Shown one piece after another: positions 25,272 through 37,620 of a DNA stretch of 64,000 nt. Within the stretch, counting starts at the first letter, position 1; each line of letters begins with the position of its first letter. Made by a program: the position numbers and the translations under genes. The notes below the pieces were generated by a model. That model did not search any database, was not told where the DNA came from, and was given only the letters and a program-made list of their open reading frames with translations. Origin of the DNA: Podarcis vaucheri (lineage: Eukaryota); the NCBI GenBank assembly GCA_965113315.1, contig OZ220369.1; one strand, 5' to 3'.

Positions 25272-25832
25272 TGTTGTTGCCATTTAATATTATGTAAACT
25301 CGTTAGTTGCTTGTTACCCCAGGGTTTATGTTTATGTTTCTAAACATAATTACATTATCTGATTAACAAATTCATACAGAAAAACAGCTGCAATTAATTA
25401 AAATAAATACACACACAATGCCGCCCTCCCCACAAAAGCCACAGGAAGCTTTGGCAGCACACTAGTAACAAAACAACATAATCTCAGTCCATCAGTAGAG
25501 TGGGGAAAAGGCAAGTCCCCTCACAAAGGATATAGGGAACCACAACTGAAAAGTAACTCTGCTTACCCCCTCCTCTCTACAGACATGTTTACCCAATGTT
25601 GACAGCATTTACCTCTGTGTTGCAGCAGGCAGCTGACATGTTTAAATTCCCCAATATGTGATGTCTGGATTCAACATTGGGCATTGGGGAATCTAATATA
25701 GTGAGTACCCCATAATATTATGGAGTCAAGACCTGGCTCAGCTCCCACAGTCTGTACTGCCGCTGCTGGGTAAGCATCTGTAGAGAGAATAGGGGGATGA
25801 GGTGAATGAATGAGAACCACAAGCAGTCACAA

Positions 25833-26035
25833 TGGGCAAGGACTGTAGCTTAGGAGGGGCACACATGCTTTGCATATAGGAAGGCCATAGGTTTAATCCC
25901 CGCCATTGTCTCCAGGTACAGCTGGGAAGGTTCATAGCATAAACCCCTGGAGAGCCACTGCCAATCACAGTAGACAGAACTGAGTTAGATGGGCCATTAG
26001 TCTGACTTGGTATAAAACAACTTCCTATGTTCCTA
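25833..26035 (+). mobile_element. Old tRNA-derived squamate SINE (possibly Squam2-like)
   Basis: Decayed A/B boxes (tgtagcttag..ggtttaatccc), body cctggagagccactgcc..., tail ttcctatgttccta; homologous copy at 30830-30990. Confidence 0.65.
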
Positions 26036-26199
26036 ATCAGGACCAGCCCAATACATTTGGCACTTGAGGCAAAGCCCAAAATGGTGTCCCCCTCCCCACT
26101 AGGGATGAGTGGGTGGGTGAAGATTGACATCAGGGATAAGGGGTTCCTTTGATGGCAGGTGTCTCATTGGCAGCAGGATCAGCAATGGGCCTTTCTGAG

Positions 26200-26850
26200 T
26201 CCCTGGGGAAGTGCCTGACCATGCCAGTCCCTGATGCCAGCCCTGCTGCTATCTACAGGTGAACTCCGCTTCCTGCTTGACCCTGGCAATGTTCTTCTCT
26301 TCCTCAAATGGGGTTTCCCTTGTTCCTCTGTGATTCTCTCTTTATACAAAACAGTCTCTGAGTGATCTTGTACAATCCTATGCCATTCAGTACCATCCAT
26401 AGGCTAATAACACCCAGCTCTACCTCTCTACCCCAGGTCCCCCTGTGGTCTGCTTGGATGCTTCATCACTGTCTTTAACCCATTTTGTCCCAAACCTAAC
26501 TTCTCATCACTCCCCAAAAACCCTCTCCTCATCCTCCTCTACTCCATATCCATTGACATGTGCTTGTTCTTTGACTCCTCCCTCTTCAGCCTGTTGTCAG
26601 GTCACATCTGTTCCACAGTTTACAACATCACAAAAATGTGCCCCTTTTTCTCTGCCTTCTTGGCGAGAAATCTGACTCTGGCTCATGCTATGGTCACCTC
26701 CTGTCTTGGTCACAACAGCCATGTCTCAGCTTTTATTCACTTTACTTCTGTCCAGAACTTGGAGCACAGACTTGTTCAGCCGTACATACATCTTACACCA
26801 CCATCCTAGCTTCCTCTATTTTTCTAGATCTACCACAAACACACTGGGCT
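26200..26850 (+). mobile_element. Ancient L2 RT remnant (continuation)
   Basis: Decayed PQGS/LYT/ADDTQL-like region (gggtttccc..ctctttatacaa..gctaataacacccagctcta). Confidence 0.45.
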
Positions 26851-27473
26851 TACTGTGCCCAAACTCTCTGATCTTACATATTATTTATTGATTTATTTAT
26901 TGTGCTAATAGACCACTTTTTGTTGCATCATAACCCCAAAAGCTTTTCCAATACCCTTAACAAACAGCATGTCATTAAAATACACAAAACACGGTTAAAC
27001 ATTATAACCCATTTCTTTCTTTCCTTTTAGAAAGATTTATAAATCACTTAATCACTAAACTCTGTAATATAATAAATAGTAGAAATATAATATTGATAAC
27101 ATTATCAATAAAACACATCTAAAATTGCAAAAAAACATTTTAAAGTATTGATTTAAAAAATCTCAGATAAAATCAGTAAATCTTTTAAAACCAACCTAGA
27201 TTGCAGAATTATATGACAGAGTAGACTTGATGAAATAACTTCTCATCAGAAGTCTAATGAAATATAGTGTGCACCTCTGTATTTTATAATATATGCAATT
27301 ATTGTAGCAGTAACAGCCCAGCAATGTATACCCTGATATATTCCTGCCTCTAACCTTTGTTCCTCTATTGCCCCTATCCTTAGCTCGAAGGTCTCCTGCT
27401 TCTGCAAATGGCTTCACCCTGCCTCCCTTGCTAACAGGGATGGTGATAGTGGTTAAGGCAGTAGGAGTCAGGC

Positions 27474-27499
<26 letters not shown>
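27474..27499. repeat. (TG)n microsatellite
   Basis: Direct read. Confidence 0.95.
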
Positions 27500-27504
<5 letters not shown>

Positions 27505-28164
27505 GTTGGCATAGTTGTGGAGGAGCCCCAGTTCCCTTATCTGGTTGGAGGAGCAATGGGGTGAATCAGTGGTGCCTCTGGGAGCCGTGGTTTCAGGCCT
27601 GTTTAACTTTGTGCAGGGTCCTCTTTTGTGGCTTTTGAACAAATTCCCCCATCAGAATCTTCCTTGCATCTTTAGGGGGGGCTGGGGGGGGGAGCAAGCC
27701 AGAAGCGTTAAACCGCTTAGTTAATCGGCAGCCAATCCATCATGTTAAATATCCAGCTGTCATATATTACCTTTCAAGTGAAAATGAATAACTCCCATTA
27801 AGGGTGAAATGGGTTTGAAGTCGATTCGAGACAGATTAAAGTACTGTTCTGAATGTGTGTGTTCAGGGGGGCTAGGTGTAATATGCTTGTCCTTGTAGTT
27901 TTTAAATAATAGATGCCCTGCAGATTTATGTGCTCCAGGGTACAGAGTTCAAAGGTCATAAGGCGGGCATTCTGGGAAGAGCATCAACTTCCTGGAACAC
28001 ACCAGAATGGTGTTCATTCTGCCTTTCTGGTGTTTCTATGGGTATGTGTGACCAGTCTGGCCAGTTTTGCTATGTTTAAAGAGACAGAGAGAGGAAATGG
28101 TAAGGGAGCTTATCTTGGCATCAATGAAAGCCTGTATGCCTATCTCTAAATTGCAGCAGGAGGT

Positions 28165-28620
28165 ATTTATTTTTTATTTCAACCATTTGCATACTGCGTA
28201 ATCAGAGTCTTCTCTGAGCAGTGTACAGGAGACTAAAAAGGAGTTAAAAACTATAAAATAAGAATTCAAGCCTGCTGGGGGAAAAGTCTTCCATAAGTCC
28301 TGGAAGTTCAACGGGGAAGGGGCCTGTCTGATCTCAATGGTGATATCAAAACTGAACCCACAATAATTGAACCCACAATAATGAATGCATTGCTCCTTGT
28401 GGTTATGACCCATGCATCCACACCATGGGGGGTTATGTGGCTCCCCCAAAGACATCAGAGATTGAGTGAGAACATAAGGGATCAGGTGGTCCCTGGGGTA
28501 TCCTGGGCCCAAGTTATTATGGGCCTTGTAAACTGACACAAGAACATTGAAGCTGGCCCAGTAGCGTGCGGGCAGCCGGTGCAAGCTTTTGAGCACTGGT
28601 GTTATGTGCATGTTTGATGC
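28165..28620 (-). mobile_element. L2 LINE 3' remnant
   Basis: Minus ORF HITPVLKSLHRLP..VYKAHNNLGPGY..EIRQAPS. Confidence 0.8.
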
Positions 28621-29651
28621 AATGTGAGGTAGATGATGTGATTGTCTTGTGTGTCCCGTCCCCCCACCATCCCAACTACATGGGGAGTCTGCTGTGCCCT
28701 TCCCTTTGTTGACTCAAATTGCATTAGAAATCCATGTCGAGTTTTAGCTTTGCTATGTTGTCTGCCTGTGTTCATTCACCGGAGTAATTCCAAAAGCACT
28801 AATGGACATCAGTGTTATCCTGGAATCAGGCTTGGAGTGTGATTATTGACATGGAGCATGCAGGGGTGAGTGAAGAGTAAAGTTGTAGCATGTGTGACTC
28901 AGCTGGGCTCACCCACAGTCTGGCTGCATTGGTCCATGGAAGGAAAATGGTTCTTAGTCAAAATGGAAAGGGACATTTTTGAGACATTTTCCTCCCCCTA
29001 AAAAAACAGTGGGGAGATTAGAATGTTGCAGGGGCATTGCAGGGAGAAAGCACCAACCAGCACATATTTTATTTTATTTATTTAAAAGCATTTACAAAGC
29101 ACTTATAATTTTAAAATCTCCAACGAACCATATCATTAAAAACGCAACATAAAACTCACAAAACAGGAGTACAAAAATAGGAATTTGAGGGGATTCAAGT
29201 AAAAAAAAGTGCCTAGAAAGCCTGGGCCAAATGGCCCTTTTTGAATCACTGCCCTATGATATTCTCTAGGGTGCGGTACCATAAGTAGAATTTCCCCAGG
29301 TGATCTAAGGGCTTATACAGGTTTATTCAGGGATCTTCAGGTAATCCAGTTCATGCTGGTTTCAGTTTTTCCACAGCTGTAGCACATATCTGGCATGCAG
29401 GCACTGACCCGATTTTGATGATGATGATGATGATTTTGATTTGCATCCCAACGCTTCAAAAGTAATTCAGAATGAAGATTCAGAGCATGTTTGTGTAAAG
29501 GAATGGAATTGAGGAGCAGTGCAGAATGGGAGGCTTGGCCATCTGTGAGGAATTCATAGATGCCGTTCTTGCCTCCAGGTTCTTCCAGAGCTGAGGTGTC
29601 ACATAGTCATGCAGTTGTTTCTGTCCCCCCCCCCTTTTTTTTTTTTTGCAG

Positions 29652-29782
29652 CACATGTTACCCCAGCTGAAAAGGAGCTGACAGAGTCCCCAGCATCCTC
29701 TAAACGTATCTCCTTTCCGAGAAGCTCTGAGTCGCCTGTCACCAAATGGCCTAAAACATCAGATGAGACCAAGCTGGAGCAG
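29652..29782 (+). CDS. ZFHX3: ZFHX3 coding exon (exon 6 equivalent), 131 nt, phase 1-0
   Basis: C/T tract + tgcAG acceptor, CAG|GTGAGA donor; encodes (A)[43 protein letters not shown], matching ZFHX3 AEKELTDSPATSKRISFP...EQ. Confidence 0.93.
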
Positions 29783-29832
29783 GTGAGACACTGGAACAAC
29801 TGGCACTTGCTTCTGCGAAATCATGGCTCAAC

Positions 29833-29893
29833 TTCCTTCCTTCCTTCCTTCCTTCCTTCCTTCCTTCCTTCCTTCCTTCCTTCCTTCCTTTCC
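29833..29893. repeat. (TTCC)n microsatellite in the 319-bp intron
   Basis: About 14-15 TTCC units starting 50 nt after the exon 6 donor. Confidence 0.95.
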
Positions 29894-30101
29894 ATCCATC
29901 CCTCCTTATATTCAACTTTTAAATCCACTTGGGCCCACAAGGCAGTTCATAGTGAAATTGGTTTTTTTTATTATTCTTACTGTGGAAATGGGCAGTGTGT
30001 TTCAAAGGGTATTAAAAAGGTGGAGGAAGACACCTGTCCTGCAGCCTGACCTTATCAAGGCTTTATTCTGCCAAAGCTTGTGATGTCTTCTTGTCCTCCA
30101 G

Positions 30102-30302
30102 GTATATCAGTGCCCATATTGCAAGTACAGTAACACCGATGTCAACCGGTTGAGGGTCCATGCCATGACTCAGCACTCGGTCCAGCCAATGCTTCGGTGC
30201 CCTCTCTGCCAGGACATGCTCAGCAACAAGATCCACCTGCAGCTGCACCTCACTCACCTCCACAGCGTCTCCCCGGACTGTGTGGAGAAGCTCATTTTGA
30301 CG
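30102..30302 (+). CDS. ZFHX3: ZFHX3 coding exon (exon 7 equivalent), 201 nt, two C2H2 zinc fingers, phase 0-0
   Basis: ctccAG acceptor, ACG|GTGAGT donor; [67 protein letters not shown]. Confidence 0.97.
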
Positions 30303-30829
30303 GTGAGTCCCTATGGGCAGCCTGGGTGGGCAGCCTGCACCTCTCAGCCAAAGAAAGGGAGGGCAAGGGGCAAGGAGGAAATAAAGTCCCCTGCGAGCAA
30401 TTGGTTTTGACTTCTTGGAAAACCAACCCATCCCACCCTGGCAGTCTCCTGGGGAGGTGGGAGAATGAAGAGTGGTGGTGGCAGAAAAAGCGGGTGACCC
30501 CACCCACTGATGGACGTGACAGATTACCCCCAATAAAATGTGGCCCTCAATGGGGAAAATGTTCCCCACCCCCAGAAGGCCTATCTTGCCTGCATTATTT
30601 CTTCCCTTCCTCCTCCTGATCCTGCTCCTCCTCTTCAGTGAATTGCCCAAATTCAACACACCTGCCAGTAGGGAAGCAGATACCAGGCACTGTTGAAATG
30701 CCACCTCTTGAGTAGTGACCTGGGCCAGCAATACAAAAGTAGGAATTGGGCCTTCCTTTAGCACAGTGTGCTACAAGTAGGGTGCAGCAGGGAGACAAGG
30801 CTGAAGCTTATTGTGACATCACCGGCCAG

Positions 30830-30990
30830 GGGAACACATTTTCTTACATGCAGAAGGTATCCCAGGTTCAAACCCTGGGAATATTCCTTGCCTGAAACCC
30901 TGGAGTGTTGTTGCTGCTACTTCATATAGACAATACTGAACTCAGTGGACCAATGGTGTGACTTGGTATAAGGCAGCTTTCTAAGCTCCT
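30830..30990 (+). mobile_element. Old tRNA-derived SINE, same family as 25833-26035
   Basis: catgcagaaggt..cccaggttcaaaccctgg..tagacaatactga..tggaccaatggt.tgacttggtataaggcagct. Confidence 0.65.
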
Positions 30991-33900
30991 CAGGCAAGTG
31001 AGCTGGTCCCACAGGACTGAGGCCAGAAGAACTGCTTTGATGGATAGGACTGGGGTCCTTTATTGCCAAGCCCACTTTCTGACACTGACCACCCAGGTGC
31101 CTCTGGAACCTCCAAGAAGGGCATGGAGCTTTTCTCCGGATCTGGTATTCAGAGGTAGACTGCATCTGAACATAGGGATTCCATTCTGCTGACATGCCTA
31201 ATAGAAGATGCATCCTCCACGCATTTATAACTTTTTAAAACTATCCAAGCTTAGTGTCCACTTGTTACCACATCTTGTGGTAGGAAATTCCACATGCTAA
31301 TTATGTATTATCTGATGAGGTGCTTTCTTTTGTCTTGTCTAAATGGCCTACACATTTTTTGTTCAAAGTTTTTCTATTGCACAAACTTGCCTCTTCCTGT
31401 TAAGTCCCTTTTGCTGATTCTGCTCTGATTGCCCTTTGCCTTGACTTTGCCTTCCCTTTCCTCACCAGTTCTTTCATCTCTATTCAAAATCCAGCAGCAA
31501 AGTGCCATATCCAGCACAAGTGTCTTGCCTTTATCTTTAGAGCTCTCCAGGGCTTGACTTCCCTCGTTTGGCTTAAGTCCTTACTGTGCACACACCACTA
31601 CAGGGAATCCCAAGTAGTACATGTAACTGTCTTTGTGTGTCTTCATCCACTCTGTCCCCAAATTCCTCCATATTCCCTCTTGAAATCCACGTTCTAAACC
31701 TGTCCTTTTGCGTTTGTGACCGTTAGGTGCCATGCCCACTGATGGCACTATTATAAACAGTTGAGGGCGACCTTACCTAGGCAGCAGAAGAGCTCTCCTC
31801 CCAGTCCCATAAGCTGCTGCTGCTGACCCAGCCTTGGCATGAAAGAGCCTTTTTGCTTCCAGGGTTCTCCCAGAATGTCACTCATGATTGCTTGAAAGCG
31901 CATTCTGATCTTTGCCCCAGCTACTTGTCGTCTTGAGTTTTTCCTGACATCAGTCTGCCCAAGAGATTGGCAAGAGGATGCTGCTCCTAGAACGGCAGGG
32001 TCCCTTCAGAGCTCTTGTGAGGGCCCCTCTCTGGCCTTTGCACTGGGGCTGGGAGAGGCTTCTGTTAATCTTACTTAATCATGTGCCTTTCAGGAACCTG
32101 CCATGTTTAATATGACTGTTGCCATAGCAACGGCTACTTGCTGATACCATGGTGTGCTGTGTATCTGGGTATTCCACAGTGCCCCCCTCTTTCCCTCTCA
32201 ACAATAGCAGGGGAGTCCTCTCCCCATTTCGTCAGAGGCCTGTTGTGCTGCACTACTGTCTGTGGGGCAAGGGCAATTATGAGAGGGGTGTTGTACACCA
32301 GCTGATCAGCGGTTGGGGTGAGGTTGTGAAGACCAAAACTGCTGCTGCAGTTCTGATTGGGGATGGTGTGTTGCCTTCTCTATGCTCAGCACTGACTTAT
32401 CCCCCAGCTTTTAGTGTTGTGGCTGATTCACTTTTTGTAGGACTGTGTTGATTTGGCGGAATCATCAGAGGGGCTGAAGGCAGTAAAAAAGCTCTTTTTC
32501 TTTCTTGCCTTCCATCATTCATCTGTCTTTCCTCCCCAGTTGCATTCTGGTGCTGTTTCTCTCCCTACTTGCATCTTCTCCTCTCCCCATTGTGTGTCTC
32601 TCTCTCCCTTCCACTGTCATTCGGTCATCCTCTCTTCTCCCTCATCTCACCCCCCCCCCAGTCTCATTCCCCATCTCGGATGAAGGTAATGAAAATAATC
32701 GGCCTTCATTAATTCTGAGCCCTGTGAGATGATAGCCATTTGGAGCCATGTTTGCCAATTAGATGGTCTAAATTAGAAGTGACCTTGGTATAGTGCCATC
32801 GCTTTGCCTCTCTGAGCCTAATGAAGCTTTTCTCTCCAGCACACACACTCCTGCCCGCTCTCCCTCTCATTCTTTGTAATGGAAATTGCCTCCTTTGTCT
32901 GGCTCTGGAACCTCGTCTTGTACAACTCCCCCCTCCCCCATTGCACGGACAGAGGAGATGTTAATGTGTCTTCTCAGTCAGACTCTTGCTGGAGGTTTCA
33001 TTTTGGACCAATTAGATTCCAGCCGTTGTAGGGGGCAGGGAGTGCCTGAACTGACAATGGGGTCTGATACAAGAAGATAGTAGAGGAATGGGCTTCATTC
33101 CTCTCTTTCTTCATTCCTCTCACTGCCTAGGGTAGTGTCTCTTTTCGGAAAAGGCATAGGGGAACACCTAGGCTGGATACCAGCTGACATTTGGGATCTT
33201 GCAATGGTCAGACCCACACTGGTAGCTTAAACTACAGGGCATTGTCAAGTAGAAGGGACAGGTGGACATGCCACAATGCTGCAATCTGTAGTGCAAAAGT
33301 GGGCCACGGGCAGAAATTAAGGCTCTTGCATGCCATTTGGAAGCAACAAGGAAGGGGCTGCACACTGGTTTGCTTTCCACCAGCTTGGCTCCTTCCAGGC
33401 ATGAATCCCTTGATACCATTGGTGAACAAAATAAGGTTAAGCCAGCTTTGGTCACCTCTTCTGAGCAGAACTGGTGTTCCTTGTTAAAAGGATCTGTAGC
33501 TCTCCACTCATGACTACTGCTTGCTGAGAAGCATGTCCTTGAGGGAGCTGAAATGACACCTGGGGTGTTGCTCAAGTCACTTCTTAACAGGGCCCTTTGG
33601 TCCTTGGAGCATCCCTCCCCATCTCAGCCTCCTGCCTTTAAATGCTTGGGGGGTGGGCAGTATGCCACTAGAGAAAGGGAATGAGTTAAGCACACCTAAG
33701 GTGGGAAGGAAGGAAGAACTGGTTGGCTTGCAGCAGCAGATTGAAATGCAGAGGAGCACGTGAGGTTGATGATTATATTTCAGGGAGAGTTAATTGACGG
33801 AAGGTGAAGGCAGACAAAGAATCGCTGCTTACTGCCTTCTTGAATCCCAATCAGGAATTATGATTAAAGACGCGGCAAGACAACAGACGCTTGATGAATT

Positions 33901-36055
33901 GGTGTCTCTCTCTCTCTCTTTCTCTCTCCCTCTCTCTCTCCCCCTCCTCTCTTTTTGGTTTTGCCGTCATTCACACTTGATTGACTTCAACCTTTCAAGT
34001 GCAAAAGCCTCTCTTTCCATTATTATTCGTAGCCATCTCAGTTTTTCTAATTAAAGTGTATGAAAACAATTACTGATCCATCGTACTGAGTCTGGTAGTG
34101 GGGGTGGCTACCGTCCTAGTTTTGTGGGGAAAGACCATGATTTGCTGTAATAATGTGCAACTTAGGTTAGATAACATTATTCTTTTTCTACTCCGCTGGG
34201 CCTTTCCCCCACACTTTCTTTTGAATTATTTTCATAATTTCTGTAGAGGAAGAGAAAGTGCCTGTCCTGTTGATAGTGCTAAGAGTGGCACTTGTTGTTC
34301 CTTCCTGCTGTCTTTCCTCTTCCCACTTCCTTCATCTCTCAAATCCTACCCTCGGGGCTACTCTGAGCCCCATCTCTCCATAGGGGATGGTACAGCCTTG
34401 AAAATGGACAGGAATGCTGGAGGGGACTTGTTGTCCCTCCTGGTTCATCTCCCTCCAGAGACAGGATTTGTTCATTCCTGTATGGCCTCTACATGGTGTG
34501 TAGCCAGGATCCCTGGAAAAAGCCCTCTGTGCAGCTTCCCAGGTCCACTGACTCCAGGCCTCCTCCTTCTCACTGGGCATTTACTTATGTGAATTTGCCA
34601 TGGGTATAACTAGTCAGTGGATACTAGTAGTGCCCTTCAGTGGTTGTCAAAGCCAAATAGGCAGAACAGTTACAATAGGAATATACAGAAACCAGTTTGA
34701 GGGAGAGCATATTGGCCTTTAGGGCAATTGTACTTGAGACAAAAACAAACACTGAAGACAAGGATTAGAGCTTTCTCCTTTCTACAAATGAATGAAAAGT
34801 GGGGTGTCTCTATGTAACCTATGTAGCCCAAGTCAGAGCCCTGAGGCATCAGCCAGTCTTTGTAAAGCAGAGTACTTGCTTTTTCACAAAAAGAAGGGAA
34901 AGTCTTCCACTGGATCAGCTTTGTGTCCATCTTTTATTTTGTGCTCAAGCAAACAAGGAGTTTCTTGTTCCCAATAGTTTTCATACTCATTTTTCCAAAT
35001 TGTGTGTGTTTGGAGCAGGAGGGAGTGTGTTTCATAAAGTAAGACAAGAATGGACTTTTGCATTCAGGTCAAAGATGAAAAATGTTGGGATGATAGAAAA
35101 AAAAAGACATTTTACAGATGAGGAAAAACAAAGCTGATGTATGAAATGATTTAATAGAAGGTCAAAAGATGAAAAGAGACAATATGTATGTTTCTACTTT
35201 GAAAACAAATACATATTGTCTGTTTTTAAATTGTCTTTATACCTTATATTAAATCATTTCATACATCAGCTTTGTTTCTGCTCACTTGTAAGGGTTCAGG
35301 ACACCGGCCATCTTCCCATAATTCTTTTTCCAGCTAGTTGCCTGTAGTTTTCATACTCATTTTCATACTCATTGAAGCACCCTCGGGAGTAGGCAGCAGC
35401 CACCCCTTGTTCATTGCCACCCTTTAGTTTGCTGCTGCCTCTCAACCACCACCATGGACAGACATACAGACACATCCCGCTCATGAATTCATTTAATGCT
35501 TTTTTAAAAAGTCATCAAAGAAGGAAACATTGTCACATCGTGAGGCTGTGAATTCCTTCAACTCAGTAGGTGTTCTTTGAAGAAATACTTCATTGGTGTC
35601 AGTTTTGGACCTATAGCCAATCAACTTGAGAGTATGACCCAGATTTCTAGAATTTTTTTGGCGTGTGGGGGAGGTTCCCCACCCTATCATTCATTACCCC
35701 TATCGTGCCACTTGTGATTAGTCATCTTCCCCCCAAAAAACTAAAAAGTTGAACGTTTTAGCAGCCTTTCCTTAAAGAGACTCAGCTTCTCCGAGCCATG
35801 ATATTATTATGTATTTTATTTTATAATTGATATCCTGTAAGAAAGGCGAGATATAAATATACTGAATAGTCATCGTCATCATCATCATCATCATCTATTG
35901 GAGTCAGCCTACAATATTAATCTGAGCCAGGTGCTTTGATTGTACTGGTTTAAAAAAAACACCTTTAAGCAAGTCTACAAAGACATATAATTTAATTATG
36001 TTCATTTGTTTTGTTTTGTTTTTAAAAGCTCTAAGGTTTTACCTATATTTTATTA

Positions 36056-36208
36056 GCCAAGGAGTGTGGTGGAGTCTCCTTCTTTGGAGGTCTTTAAGCA
36101 GAGGCTTGACAACCATATGTCAGGAGTGCTCTGATGGTATTTCCTGCTTGGCAGGGGGTTGGACTCGATGGCCCTTGTGGTCTCTTCCAACTCTATGATT
36201 CTATGATT
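36056..36208 (+). mobile_element. Very short young CR1 3' end (153 bp)
   Basis: Matches the reverse complement of 13494-13646 with two mismatches; ends in the CTATGATT repeat. Confidence 0.95.
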
Positions 36209-37517
36209 AATTTTGTTATCTTCTACTTTTAAAGTTGGTTTAATTGCTATTTTTATTGACTTCGTTACATGCTTCTGTAAACCACTTGGAGATTGTTTTT
36301 TATTAAGCAGTATAAAAATTTTGCTAAATGAAATAAATACTAAATGTCATTGGACAGGGGAGAACTTTACATAGCGATCTATGGTTGCAGCATAGATTTA
36401 TTTAATGGCATAATGGTGCCTATTATTTTATTTTCCAAGCCCATATATAATGATTTCTAACTCTGGATCTGCTTATTCCCATCACTGCTGCTGCCTACAG
36501 AACTCTTGTTTGAGTGAGCAAAATGGCTGCTGTCCATTCTGGTAACATTTGCTTTTGAGTGCCGTCTTGTATGTGTGCCACAGATGCTGCCGGCTCAGGC
36601 CCAGCAAAGGCACTGCTGTTCCCCAAACAACCGGAGATGGCTGCTGCTAGAAATTGGCACAGCTTCCTTTCTACAGAAGTGCATCATCAGAAGGCAACCA
36701 TTGTGGCCATCCCAGCTATGATCTCAACTTCATCATCAGCATGCGACAGCCAATATTTTCAAGAGTACATGATGATCTTTGCTTGCCTGTGTAGGGACCT
36801 ACATTTGCTCCTAACGTAGACCCTTTTTTATTATCATTTATGGGTGCCTATTCAGTTCATTGTATTCTTTTCAGCCATAACAAATGTGGATGGCTGTGTG
36901 TTTTCCTCAACGTTGACCTTCTGGCCTTTGCTATCAAGAGATCTTGCTTGTTCTTTGAGCCCAAGTGAAGAGGAGGGCTGTGCTGTTGCTGCTTTTTCTG
37001 TTGATGTGCAGAAAGGGAGGCTGAAGCTTCTTCTTTGCCTGCCAAAGACAATCTGCTGTCCCTTCCATTTATCTTTCTCCTGCCTCCCTTGACACATCTC
37101 TCTTTCCTTTTTCTAGCTCCTCCTTTTTTTGTATTAAGCCATTTTGAAAATAGTGCTACTACAGCCCTTCCTGGTTCAAAACTGCAGTGAGGTTTCCAAT
37201 ATGTGGTTTAATTAAGAGCTTCCTTACTTTTTCAGCCACTTAAGATGGGCCTTTCAACATACCTACCTAATCAGTTGCGTAAGAACTTTCACAGCTATGA
37301 CAAAACATTATCAATGATCAAAGACTGAGCTGAGCATAAAGGAAAATATTAATAATACTATTCTTTGAAAATGTGCCCCTAATTATGTCCAAAATGTAAC
37401 AGTGGGAACGTTTTGGGCTGATTTAAACACCAGTCTGTGTAGGGGCTCAACACTGACAACATATTAAAAGTTTTAAAGACATTTTTGCCTCTCTGCTTCT
37501 CTTTTGGGTATCTACAG

Positions 37518-37620
37518 GTGACAACCCCAGAGGTTATGATGCCTAGCAGTATGTTTCTTCCAGCTGCAACACCAGATCGAGATGGGAACACCAGCACGGA
37601 TGAGTCAGCCAAGCAGCCTG
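37518..37620 (+). CDS. ZFHX3: ZFHX3 coding exon (exon 8 equivalent), 103 nt, phase 0-1
   Basis: tacAG acceptor, CTG|GTCAGT donor; [34 protein letters not shown], matching ZFHX3 [24 protein letters not shown]. Not in the ORF track. Confidence 0.95.

Noticed and set aside
30063-30764. 233-aa minus-strand ORF
   Set aside because: Overlaps exon 7 antisense plus low-complexity intron; no recognisable homology.
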